From Octopus sinensis (lineage: Eukaryota), in assembly GCF_006345805.1 (NCBI RefSeq), contig NC_042999.1:64728001-64792000 (forward strand): a stretch of DNA of 64,000 nt. Direction: 5' to 3'. Positions 13,340 to 26,510 of the stretch are shown piece by piece; position 1 is the first letter of the stretch, and every line of letters begins with the position of its first letter. The notes below the pieces were generated by a model. The model made no database searches and was not told the origin of the DNA. It worked only from the letters and a program-made list of their open reading frames with translations. A program made the translations under genes and the position numbers.

Positions 13340-13407
13340 TAATATATATATATATTATTGGTGAATTGAAGAAATGGAGCTGAACGAAGATTGAACAGAA
13401 ATCGTTT

Positions 13408-13500
13408 TATTTCATTCTACACGTGTTTCGAAAGGCACAATTTACCAAAATCCGTTTGAATAATGAGACCATATTGTGTCTTTCTCTTCAGGAAGAAATA
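13408..13500 (-). ncRNA. Type I hammerhead ribozyme with intact core (left arm)
   Basis: UAUUUC-UUC-CUGAAGA-GAAAGACACAAU(31 nt)AUUGUGCCUUUC-GAAA-C(ACGU)G-UA/GAA-U-GAAAUA; predicted cleavage between 13418 and 13417. Confidence 0.85.
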
Positions 13501-13582
13501 GGAAATCCGTTGGAAAAAACAAAACAGAACAGAGGCGGAGCAAAACAAATCGAACTAGGCTCCTCCCTAAGAGCGGATTTCC

Positions 13583-13674
13583 TATTTCTTCCTGAAGAGA
13601 AAGACACAATATGGTCTCATTATTCAAACGGATTTTGGTAAATTGTGCCTTTCGAACACGTGTAGAATGAAATA
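13583..13674 (+). ncRNA. Hammerhead copy in the right arm with a core deletion (GAAA to GAA)
   Basis: Mirror of 13408-13500 but reads TTTCGAACACGTGTA. Confidence 0.75.
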
Positions 13675-13875
13675 AAACGATTTCTGTTCAATCTTCGTTC
13701 AGCTCCATTTCTTCAATTCACCAAATATTTTAATTTCAATTATCCGCACCAACGCACGGTTGCAACACCATATGGTTGTACCTCCAACCGTACTGTCTTC
13801 TGCTGTGATTTTTGCTACCAAGGTATCGGTTAAACTTTTGATTAATCTGCTACAAGATTATTCATCTTTCTATTT

Positions 13876-13877
<2 letters not shown>

Positions 13878-13936
<59 letters not shown>

Positions 13937-14038
13937 ACCATATATTCATATTAAAACATGTAAATGTATGCACGCATATATATCTATGCGGACGTGAACG
14001 TATATATACATACATACATGCATGCATACATACATACA

Positions 14039-14098
<60 letters not shown>

Positions 14099-14168
14099 TA
14101 TATATAATATATATATATATATACACACATACATACAAACACACACACAGCACACACACACACATATA
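13878..14168. repeat. (TA)n/(TACA)n/(CA)n microsatellite cluster
   Basis: Direct reading. Confidence 0.9.
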
Positions 14169-16684
14169 GGCATTACATATATCACAAAAGAAATGGCTCG
14201 TGAAACCTCTCGTCTTTTATTCACGAAGGGAATTTCGATTAAATATAATTCCATTTTCTTCTTTTCTCCTTTCATTGAAAAGATAGGGAAATGGTTTATA
14301 TTGAGCGGAAATTTTAAGATTATATTATAGAATAGTAGTGTAATTTCTTCATAGAAATTTCCAGTTTTGAGTGAATGTGTTGTATATAGAAAGATAAGAA
14401 TAAATTATGCAGAAAAAAATGTGTATTGAATAATAATATAAGAAATAAAAGAACTACTTATATAATAACGTACCGATATTTCCTTTGAATTCTAAAAATC
14501 TATAGGTACCAATGTAAAGGTTATGAGAACCGTTCCAAATCTCTAGTGAATCGCCTTCGTCATTCTCATTTCAATATCTGTTTCTTTACGAGTGTATACA
14601 GATTTCACATTTTCATACGTTTTCATGTATGCATGCATGCATACTTTCATACATAGATACATGGATATATCAAAACACTGACACATATAAATGTATATTC
14701 GTGCATGTGTGCTCGTGTGCTTGCAGGTACGTGTGTGTATGTGTGTGTGCGATTGTGTGTGTAAATTCATAAATATGTATACATACATACATACATACAT
14801 ACATACATACATACATACATACATACATACAGGCATACATATACAAGCATATACATATATGAATTAAGATTCAGTTGAATTAGGTACTTAAGTTGAAGCA
14901 CGAAGTCAGACCGCTATTATCCGCACAGATCGAAGTAACGTGAATAAAATCAAAATATACAACAGGATATCACGTAGTAATGCGGTAGTATATTCTTAGC
15001 TACAATAGCGACAACATGAATTTCTTCCATCTTCTCATTCCGTTAAAATATTTAAGAAAAATTATATCAATGTGTTCTATATGTTAAGATTCCATTTATT
15101 TATTTGTGCCGCCGAAGATAGCACTGCATTCAAATTGATGTAATTATTGCATTATTCAATTAAATTGATCCGCTTGAAACGGTCGTATACAACTGTATAC
15201 ATCTCTATATATAATATACATATATAAATACATATATGCAGTCGTCAGATTTAAAATTATTCCAACACATCTTCAGGTTCTTTTTCAAAATATTATATAT
15301 CTAATTTTACATCCCCTTTAAAAAAAAAGCAATACAATTACGAATTAAAGATTAAAGATTAAGAATTAAAAATCAAAAATCAAAATTATACTTAGTAATA
15401 TTAGGAAATAAAGAGTACTTGTTTCACAACCATTCGGTTGAAATGACGATAAATTGATAGACCACCAGATTACCTTTTGGTCTTTGATGTTTGTACCTAA
15501 AGATCCATTTACAATCTTCCAAATGCTGTATGCACTGATCCAGTTCTGTGTTTCACATGCTTTTTCGAAGCATATTTTGGGAAAGAATACTTCCAAAATA
15601 GGGAGTGTAGTTAGTGACAGTTTTATCAGAGATAATTATGCTTAAATCAGAGAGGTGACCGTCAGTATGGGCGAGGAATTTAGTCTTCGTGATATTCACT
15701 GGGAACGCGAAGCGTTAATGATCAATGGGGTAGTTTCTTAACTGATTCTTGGAGTTTTTTATGCATTTAACAGTGTTAATGCATTTAATAGTGTTATCTA
15801 TCCTATACAGTACCGAGATACATTGAATTTTGATAAATCAATGAGATCGAAATCTGACTGTGAAATAGTATCTGATGTCAGTACCTGGGTCGTCTGCCGG
15901 AAGTTTTAAAATCCTCGCAGAAAAGTCTAGGTGCAGGAACGCAACAGCGCTTCAACAGTTAGACACATACACACATAAACACACACACACACGTACGCAC
16001 ACACACAAATACACAAACACGCGCGCATGCACGTGCACACACACGCTATGCAAAAATCATGATTTTGAATAACTTTCTACTGAGTAACAAATAAATGTGT
16101 ATAAACAGATTTATGATTCCTGCTTTTCCTATTTGTTCTTTGAAACTGATGTTATCTCTCTATCTATCCATCCATCTATCTATATACATACATGCATATT
16201 CACACACTCACACACACAAACACACACACACACACACATATAAAATACATATGTATGTAAGTGTGTATGCGTGTGCATAATTTGGTTATGCGAGTGCACA
16301 CATTCAAGTACACACCAACATAAATACCAATGTGCTGATGCCATCAGCTCGCATGTACACACATACACACACAATAGGCACAATAGATACCCATGTATAT
16401 GCAATATATATGCACATTCACGCTCTTCTGAATGTATGTATGTGTACGTGTGTGTGTGTATGTTTGTGTGTTAAATATTTTTAAAGCCGAAACAATGCAA
16501 ACCATAAAAAGTAATAAAACAGGTCGATGTCTCGTACTACTAACAGGAATTTCAATAACCCAGAGTTAGGACCGCTCCTTCAGGAAATTAACGGGGAGAA
16601 GTCTTTGATAGTTAATGTTGCCGCACTGTAGCATGAGTACGTGCATGTATGTATATATATATATATATATACATACATATTTAA

Positions 16685-17045
16685 AATAACAAAGGGTAAA
16701 ATTAATTAATTAACTAGTAATCAATAATTTCACCAAGTAGACTTCGGCATGAAAAAGGACCATTTCTTGGTAAATTTAAGTAGTACTTTATAATTAGGGC
16801 TCAGCAAAGATTTGCTTTACCACATACCGAAGTTTAGAAATAGCAGCCAAAGAACCTTAGCTATTTCCTCTAATTTAAAAAAGAGCTCCCGGGCAGAAAC
16901 AAAGTACTCGAAAACAGTACTTATTTTCGAGTACTTTGTTTCTGTCCGGGAGCTTCCTTTTAAAGTAGAGGAAATAGCTAAGATTCTTTGGCTGCTATTT
17001 CTAAACTTTGGTATGTGGTAAAGCAAATCTTTGCTGAAACCTAAT
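16685..17045 (-). mobile_element. Family E (TA)n-associated element with about 122-bp fold-back arms (16793-16914 / 16924-17045)
   Basis: Imperfect inverted repeat with a 9-nt loop; tail (CATGCCGAAG.CTACTTGGTG...AATTAATTAATTTTACCC) shared with 43818-43920 and partly with 34876-34930. Confidence 0.8.
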
Positions 17046-17052
17046 GATATAG

Positions 17053-17154
<102 letters not shown>

Positions 17155-17215
17155 ATATACGAATGAGTGGACAAACGAAAGAAGGGCACTCAACCAATAT
17201 ATTGGGAGTTACATG

Positions 17216-17380
17216 TATGGATCAAAACAGTTTGATTTAAACTCGTTGGTATTCTTGAGCTTCAAGCGCGATGCTAGTCGCCAGCCATTTTGAATTTCAA
17301 ATTCAAAATGGCTGACGACTAGGCTTACGCTTGAAACGCAAGAGTAGCAACGAATTAGAATCAAACTGTGCTGATACATA
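17216..17380. mobile_element. Imperfect palindromic MITE-like fold-back (about 80-bp arms)
   Basis: ACAGTTTGATT...CAGCCATTTTGAA / TTCAAAATGGCTG...AATCAAACTGT. Confidence 0.7.
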
Positions 17381-17417
17381 TACATACATAATACATACAC
17401 ACACACACGCACGTACG

Positions 17418-17471
<54 letters not shown>

Positions 17472-18287
17472 TACATACATACACATAGGCACACGCACAG
17501 ACACACATATTTATGTGATTGCAAGCTGTCCACTTTACCTAATTTAAGCTTACTAAATGTTGCTGACGAACAATACCTTTCTTTCATTACAAATTTCTGC
17601 ACGTCGATCCAGATCAAAACCGTAAGCCCTTTACGGTATATATTGTTCGCTGCAAGATATTTTATAATTGCAAAGCAATTCATGTTACTTGTCTCTGATG
17701 CTACAGTATCATTATTTATTATTTGTAGATATTGCAAATACTCATTCACCCTATGTTGTCTCAGAACGGTGAAAGTGAAGCCAGTGGCGATGGTGATAAT
17801 AAGACGAACAGCGGCAGTACATTAGAATCCAAAATGGACATTGTAAAGTGAAATGAAAACGTGAGAAAATGATAAACGTAGCATGTGTTTAAAACATGAA
17901 ACGTCCCACTGCTGTAACAAGTCTAAAGTACAAAGAATGCTTTATACAGCGATGGGAAAATTGCGGTATCGACACATACATTGCACGATAATTAGTAAGA
18001 AATGAAACTCACTGATTAGGAGAGATAGAAAATGTACTGGCTGTATAGATAGACGACAATAGTGCCGCGAGCCTATAAATCTTTTATTTAATCCAGCGGA
18101 AGGTTGCAATTATCTTTGAAGATTTAAGTGCTGAATATGTTCAGTATATTGGTGAATAAACGTTTACTGGTAATCATGGATGGTTGCACAGATTTAAGGC
18201 TTGCTCAGCGTGCGCAATATAAAGGGGAATTGAGAGACGACGAGGTTTGACGAAGAAGTAGAATCGGAGCTTTCTAAATTATTGTGG

Positions 18288-18347
18288 CTGTGTGGTAAGA
18301 AGCTGACTTCCCAACCACACGGTTCCGGGTTCAGTCCCACGCAGTGG
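18288..18347 (+). mobile_element. SINE family B tRNA-like head fragment
   Basis: GGCTGTGTGGTAAGAAGCT...GGTTCCGGGTTCAGTCCCAC. Confidence 0.7.
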
Positions 18348-18735
18348 GACTAGAAGTATTGAAGAATTGAATTTAGTAGCTGATAAATAGATAAATGAAT
18401 TAGAAAGGAACTACAATGGACCTATAGTACTTAGCTACATGACTAAGTGTTAAATGGCAACTGCAACACGTACTTAGCAATATTTGAATAATCTACTGAA
18501 TAAACTCGCGCATTTAATATTTTATTTTACTATTTAGACTGTGTGGTATTTCACTGAAGTCTTGTTCACAATCTCACAACCCTGCTATACTGGCATTCAT
18601 GCCTGCTCACGTACACGCTCACACTCTCACGTAGGTGTATGATATATCTAATATATTTATAAATGTGCAAGAGTATGAAAGGGTATATACCCTTCAGCAT
18701 ACACGTTTTACACTTTCCCACCTATATATCAACAT

Positions 18736-18739
<4 letters not shown>

Positions 18740-18832
<93 letters not shown>

Positions 18833-19150
18833 TTGTGTGTGTATATATATGTGTGTGTGTGTGTTTGTATGTGTATATATATATATGTATATGTATGTAT
18901 ATATAGATATATACATATTTATGTAATACAAAATTGTGTACATAATACATATGCAAGCACACACTATATATGTATAGAGATAGAGATACACATGTATATA
19001 CACGAACATACTCGAATGCACACACACATATGTATGCATAGAATATATATATGTGTTTATACACATATTTATATAAAAAACAGAAATATGTATATATATA
19101 TATATGCTAATATACACATATACACATATGTAATTAAGTATATATGTACA
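18740..19150. repeat. (TA)n/(TG)n compound microsatellite
   Basis: Direct reading. Confidence 0.9.
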
Positions 19151-20394
19151 TACACATTTCTGTGTAGGAGGTAATACTAGAAGACAAGAATACATAATAA
19201 GTTGGTAAATTAACAAAAGTATAAGGAAAATACATATGAGTTAGGAATGGCGGAAAGCAAATGGAAAAAAAATACATAGAAATTGAAGAAAAGAATTCTG
19301 AGAAAGTAATAAATGATTAAAGGTAGAAGGTTGTAGAATCAAGAAAGAAAATACAATAGGAAGTAAATCTGAGAATTTGCACAGAAAAGGACAGAAAAAG
19401 AGGCAGACATGACAAAAATAGTTGAGAATATAAGGAGAAGAATTAAAGCATAAAAATGATAGGGAATAGCGTGGAAAAAATAAACAAAAGAAAAGATAAT
19501 GGAAATAGAGAAAGAAAAAGACGATGAAAGATAGTAATAAATGTTATGTGGTAAAAGAACACAAAAGATTAAATAAATATAGTGAGAAAGCTGGGAATAA
19601 CGAATTCTCTAGAAAAAAAAAGCGGGAATAAGATATGTATAAAAATAAATATAAAGAGCATAGAGTTAAAAATAAGACATGCCTTAAGCCGTCATCTCGC
19701 TTCCACGAGGGATCTAGACAGTTCAATCCACACGAGGCGAAGAAGTTGGGTAGCGAACTCCAGGAGTATGTGTGATGAAGATACATATTTTTTGTGTATT
19801 TAGCACGGCTGTTAATTATGGTATTGCTGGGAGCGGTGGAGTTTACCTAATTTTGGCTCCGGGCGCTGAGAACCGATGCTATGCCATCGTTCATCTCTTG
19901 GGTTTTTTTAAAAATCTAAATCAGTCATACTCAATTTTCCTTTTTTTATATTTATACCTTCAGCTTGTTCTTGTTCCATTTCGTCAATTAAAAACTTGCA
20001 AATATTTAGGCTACAAACTGACCCATACCGCTGACGAGTATCTTTATATGCTCTAATTCATTGTGATTCTCAGTTCAAACTTCCAACAAGGTCAGCTTTG
20101 CATCTCACTGTTTCGAGGACGATGAATTAACGTACCATTCATGCACTGGTGTAATGGGCTACTCTCTTCAAATCAAATTTGATGGCATTGTTTTCATCTG
20201 AAACTCTCTTGACGTCTTTTTTCTTATTTACAATGGCGTACACATATGTATGTATGTATGCATGTATGTATGTATGTATGTATGTATGTATGTATGTATG
20301 TATGTATGTATGTATGTAGTATGTATGTATGTGTGTATGTGTGTATAGTATATTTATTTATATATATGCATATATACATGCACACATATGTAGA

Positions 20395-21120
20395 TCCCAA
20401 GAGTGTAGTGTAGATCATCGGAAAGACTTGTAATAATTCGAAAATCGATAGAAAAAATACAATGAAATTGCGATGGAAGTAGAAACTAGAACGTTTCGGG
20501 TACATAGTCCTTCTTGCGGAAGAATTTGACAAAACGGGAATAGAAGAACGACAGTCTTGCATCAAGTATGTTTGATAAAATGGCTGCAACTGATGAGGAA
20601 CGCAAGATAACGAGAGCTTCATACGTAGACAGGAAGTAGTCGGAAAAATTAGTGAAGTGAAAGAGGTAGAAGGACAGTGAAATGACATGGGAAAGAGAAG
20701 TGTGTGAGGTTGAGAGTGAGGTGAAGGAAAAACTAAGGTGAGAGGGAAGTTGAAAGTTAAAAGAGAAATTACTGAATTAAGAGGAGGTGTAGGAGTAGAA
20801 AGAAAGACTTTCATTTGAACCCGTCGCTGACATGATAGCGAGGCTTGTAACTGAAAATTAGTTTCTTTCGTTTGCTTCAGTATGCGGATCCAAGTTGTAC
20901 AAAAATGCCGCACACTGATAAGGAGTAATGGAATAGCTGTTTTGTGGAAGTGTGTACAACAGTTTGGCTAGGTGCACATTGTTTTTCTGTACTTCTTTCA
21001 CTTCTTTCTTGTTAGCTTCACCTTGCAGAAGGTCTCTGTCCGAAACGCTGGATTTTCCATTCAGCACAGCAATTTCAATGTGTGCTCTCTGTCGAATTAA
21101 AAACACTCATGCACACACAA
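20395..21120 (-). mobile_element. Decayed Penelope-like retroelement 3' end with an inverted partial terminal repeat
   Basis: Minus-strand peptide scraps at 20998-20798 (KEVQKNNVH, SLSVCGIF, LIF, GSNESLSF) resemble PLE GIY-YIG C-termini as recalled. Diverged inverted repeats at about 20430-20525 and 21020-21110 each carry GCA(A)GAAGG.CT.TGT..CCGAAACG. Confidence 0.55.
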
Positions 21121-21710
21121 TACCCGCATAACAGCTTTCTACATATACGTAGCTGCCTGTTACTAATATAAGTAATACTTCTCAGCGAAAAAATATACAA
21201 TTATGAAATATAGCATGATGAACTATGTGGATTATATAATATAGTATATAATTTGGGTATGAAATATTTACCTCTTGCTTTGTAAACTGTACCACCAGGA
21301 CGTAAATTTATCCAGTTTTTGAAACTCACTGGCGCATGGGATCTAATTTCACAGACAAGTAAATTATACGTCAGAAAAAAGTGGTATCGGCTGGATTAAT
21401 TTGAAACTCTGTGTTCTAATTTCATCAGCAGTAGTGTACCTTTGTAAAATGTGCAAATCAGAAGCCGTTATTGAACCAGATTTGTCAATACTTTGAGTAC
21501 ATAAATTGCATCGATTCACATATGCTACTTAATCTTGGCAACAGTTCAAATGATGCATAACTGGTGCTTTAACAGTGTTTTGTTTCATTGGTATATCTAT
21601 TGTACAATAGATTGCTATCCAGCGTTATGTATAACAGACTCATGTAAAACATGTGTTCAATATAGTGTATACCACCCCAATATATATATGTATTTATATA
21701 AGTGTATATA

Positions 21711-21774
<64 letters not shown>

Positions 21775-21791
21775 ATATACACACACACACA

Positions 21792-21878
21792 TATATATAC
21801 ACGAGCATTAAACTAATACATCTGTTTGTTGTCTACACCACCTGACTTCGTCCTTTGCTTCTTTGTGAATTCCCCCTA
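21792..21878 (+). mobile_element. Family F tail fragment between (TA)n tracts
   Basis: ACTAATACATCTGTTTGTTG...ACACCACCTG.CTTCG.C.TTTG matches 51744-51812. Confidence 0.7.
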
Positions 21879-21890
21879 CATATGTATGTT

Positions 21891-21949
<59 letters not shown>

Positions 21950-22159
21950 ATGTATGTATATATATCTACAAACACACACTCACACACATATACAGACTCA
22001 CACACGCATAATCCAAGGCGTTGCAGATATAATACCATAGATAGGACGTGACTGTATACCCAGTAGAGATAAGAATTTTTTTATTTGGTGCCTACACATT
22101 CAGGTCATCCATACTTTAATGAACGTGTTTAGGCTGTTTGGGAATAAAGTGGTGGGGGA

Positions 22160-22640
22160 AATATGAGCAATCATTACCACTGTTGCCACCAATTCCATGT
22201 TAATTATTACTGCCATCACCATCAACATTGCCATCATCATCATCATCTCTACCACCATCACTGCTATCATCATCCTCACATCATCATCGTTATCACCAGC
22301 ACTATCATCACTCTCCTTCGCCTCTCTTCTTCCTCATCCTCCTCACCACCATTACCATCACGATCACCATCATTACCACCCCCATCACCACCAACACCAA
22401 TACCACCGCCTTGTAGCTATTATTTTCATTACTATCTTGGCCAACAACGCAAACAGCTCTAACTTCATTATTAACATCACCACGGCATTCACCCCTGCCT
22501 TACCACTTCTAACCACTCCCCCCCTACATCACCACTATACCATCATCGTACTCATCAATACAATTTACAACACCTTCAAAGATACCATTGGATTCATCAT
22601 CATCATTATCATCATTACAAACAACTAACACAACAATAGC
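22160..22640. repeat. Degenerate (CAT/CAC)n trinucleotide low-complexity tract
   Basis: Direct reading; yields poly-His/Ile/Ser pseudo-ORFs. Confidence 0.85.
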
Positions 22641-23044
22641 GTAAATGAAATTACGGTTAGAGAAAAAAGTATATCTATAAATAAATTAAAATAATTACAA
22701 AATAATCAACAGTTTTTATGTAATTTTCTATTATAATTCAGGCACTTGTAAAACTGATTATCTTGCGCTATTATCAATTTACATTGAGTTATAGAGATTA
22801 TTAATTATTTAGTGTAAAGATTAGCTCTGCACACTTCTCTACGCTGTTGCTGTTAGCCAAAATCTTTGTCTACATTCAACAGAGGGCAAAGACAGTAGAA
22901 CAGAATATATCAATAAATAGCTTTATAGTATTTCGCCTAGTTTTTCTAAGCTCAGTATGTGAAAGAAATAAAGAGTTGTTTGCCACTTTAACTATTTCGT
23001 CCCTCATGAAGTACTAGTATATTTTGTTGTTGTTTGTTCCTTCT

Positions 23045-23215
23045 CAAGCAATGCCTGGCTGATAAGGGCCGGTTTCCCGGTTTCCCTTGGCGTATAGGTT
23101 CCCCATCTGGAAGGGACGCCGGTCCGTCATAGGTGAGCTTCAAAATGCTGGAGGAAAGAGTGAGAGAAAGTTGTGGCGAAAGAGTCAGCAGAAGTTCGCC
23201 ATTACCTTCTGACAG
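23045..23215 (-). mobile_element. SINE-like fragment, family D (related copy at about 62850-63020, + strand)
   Basis: Shared GACGGA(C/T)CGGCGTCC...TATACGCCA.GG(G)AAACCGG.AAACC.GCC.TTA motif. Confidence 0.6.
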
Positions 23216-24195
23216 CATCGGAGAGCACAGAAGATGTGTTTTTACGAACTGAGTGTTGATTTGATTGTTCTTCCTTACAAGGTCCATAAAACGAATACCA
23301 GTGAGATACCGGCTTCAATGTAATCGATTCCCAAATTTATAATATTTGGTAAGAATTTGATTGAGCTCCGTGTAACTTAGATTCGTAGGCTCATCAGACA
23401 AACCTAAGCCAATGGAGAGCAGGAGAAAATTCAAGATGGATACTAGAGATTTGGTTGTTAGTGGTCAAGATGAGTCACGTGGTGTTGTTGATATTGATAT
23501 GGGAAAATCAGTGGCATTAAATAGATCAATAAGAAGTCCTAACTAATTTTATATTTCTCGAACAGCGTGGTTGGACATAATGCTGACGGTACCTCGATTT
23601 CTGGGTGATATGAGGGATAATTTTAAGCAACACCAGATGCCGGTGCGTGCGTGCGTTCGTGAGAGTATGTGTGTGTGTGCTTGTGTATTCGGGATGTGTG
23701 AGTGCGTGAGTATGCATATCTGGCGCGTATGTGTGTGTGTGTCTGTTGTGTATGTGTATATAATTATGATGTAAGAATATAATAAGCTGATTTCCTATGA
23801 ATTGAAAATTTAATCTTTTGATAAAACAATTCTGAACGAATGTTCTATAATGGTATGCGTAGATAAACAGCAGTAGACGTATACAAGAAAATCAGGGTCC
23901 ATTCTTTGTAGTCACTTGTCCTGCTAGTAATAACAGTCAAATTCCCAACAGATTATAACTACTCTGAAAAATCAAGCTAATAGAAAATGACACAACGGAT
24001 AATGCAGTCTCAGATACAAAAAGCCATCTGCAGTCCGACGATGGTTTAACTGACTGAAACTTCGAAGTCACTGCCAATAATATTCTTGTTTAAGAATAAT
24101 AAATTTGTACTGTCAAAAAGTATACATCAACCAATCAGGTTAATGAGCAATTGTTTTTATCACGCCTGAACATAAAAATAAACACGCACCAACAC

Positions 24196-24279
<84 letters not shown>

Positions 24280-24348
24280 GTCTATCTGTCTGTCTGTCTG
24301 TCTGTCTGCCTACCTGCCTGCCTGTCTGTCTGTCTGTCTGTCTGTCTC

Positions 24349-24398
<50 letters not shown>

Positions 24399-24420
24399 GA
24401 TCTATCTTTCTTTCTTTCTT
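24196..24420. repeat. (TATC)n(TGTC)n(CT)n microsatellite
   Basis: Direct reading. Confidence 0.95.
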
Positions 24421-24449
24421 TCTTCCTTTGTCTCGTGAAAGTTTTAAAA

Positions 24450-24527
24450 AAAAAGATGGGTGAGTGTAGCAAAGATGGTGCGTGCGAGTGACGAAACCAC
24501 TTTGAGCATGATCCTGTAAATCGTAAA
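24450..24527 (+). mobile_element. Short L1/Tx1-like LINE ORF2-end fragment
   Basis: AAAAAAGATGGGTGAGTGTAGCAAAGATGG...CCACTTTGAGCATGATCCT is homologous to 56560-56632. Confidence 0.5.
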
Positions 24528-24834
24528 AGAGACAGAGAGAGAGAGAGAGCACTTTCCCTCATGTGTTTATTTGCTCCCTGCCTGAGGTTACCGCGGTCTT
24601 TTCTGTAGGCTTTTCTTTCCACGGATGAACCTAATCTTGTTTCTTACTGTTAAAAAAATTTGTTTCAGTGATACACGATCCCTTTTGATCGCCTTTTTTT
24701 TCCAATCCCTTTTGATCGGAATTTTACATTTGTTTCCTTTTTTTTCCTTTTTCTTTTTCCATCTTCGAAAAGAAAAGCTCTACATTTGTATTTGTCCCCT
24801 CTGTATTCAGCCCTGTATGGCCAATAAAGAAAGT

Positions 24835-25495
<661 letters not shown>

Positions 25496-26164
25496 ATACT
25501 GGAACACATTCAGTCAGTATGACCTTCGTGTTACACAATCCGGTCAGTGGTTAATCAGAAGAAATAAATATTGATTTGCAGGAAAAATATCTCCTACTCG
25601 CATCAAAAAAAAAGAAAAAACAAACAAAAACAAAAAAGGGAACCATTAGAATGACAAAGATAAAATTTCGCCTTATTTAGATCACCGGAAGCCATAAACA
25701 GTTGCGTGATAGACTAAATACTTTATAAGGTATTAACACCTATTTATGTTCTCAGTTCAAATCGCTGGGGATAAAGCATTGCCTTTCATCGCTACGTGGT
25801 CCATCAAATACGGGAAGTAGGTTGCCATCAAGTACTGTGGTCGATTCCACCGTATATTTTAATTTCCGTTTTATGCTTCGTTGCATATCGAAGTTATATT
25901 ACTGGTTTTCTGGAATACTTGTTTTCTACTGGAAAATGATGCTAGCTCCTATTTCAACGTTTCTTTGTTAATGGGGAAAAAGACACTGCGAAGGTTCTCT
26001 ATGGTATCATAGCAACACTATGTGTATGTATATGTGTGTTCGTGTGTGTGTGCATACGTGGGTGAGTGTGCGCGCGTGTGTATCAAAGATAGAGAGAGAA
26101 AGCTGGGATAGGAGCCGTAGAGTGAGACACTAAAATAGGGATTCCAATTTATGAATAATAATGT

Positions 26165-26510
26165 AATGATCGACCCCGGAGGGATGAAAGGCAAAGTGGA
26201 AAGTGAAATAGGAAGGAAACGCCTGCAGTGGATTTGAATTCAGTGCGCGAATACAGAAAACTGGAAAAAAATATTGCTGGGTTCTCTATCCATCACTCTT
26301 ATGGCCCTTCGAACTCTCTACCATCTTCGAATATACATCTGCTTTAACCATTTGTAGCATTGGCCAATCAGAAAGACAAAAAAAAAATATCAATGGCCAA
26401 TACATTATTTTATCGACTCCTGAAAAGATGAAAGGCAAAGCTGACTTCGGCAGAATTTGAATTGAAATCTAAGCATTTTGTTCGACGCGCGAACAACTGT
26501 GCCGGATTGC
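26165..26510 (-). mobile_element. Two diverged SINE A fragments
   Basis: GATGAAAGGCAAAG...ATTTGAA motifs at about 26170 and 26420. Confidence 0.65.

Larger units (their letters stand above)
13358..13724. repeat. Near-perfect inverted repeat, arms 13358-13509 and 13574-13724, 64-bp spacer
   Basis: Arms are identical except for one missing A in the right arm; the left arm sits next to (TA)n. Confidence 0.97.

Noticed and set aside
15105-15192. CCGAAGA...GAAACGGTCGTA hammerhead-like spacing
   Set aside because: Needs three extra bases in stem I, a weak stem II with a very long loop, and a non-palindromic stem III; could be chance.
17308-17345. CTGACGA...GAAACGC within the fold-back
   Set aside because: No GUH after stem III, and the mirror arm lacks the motif.
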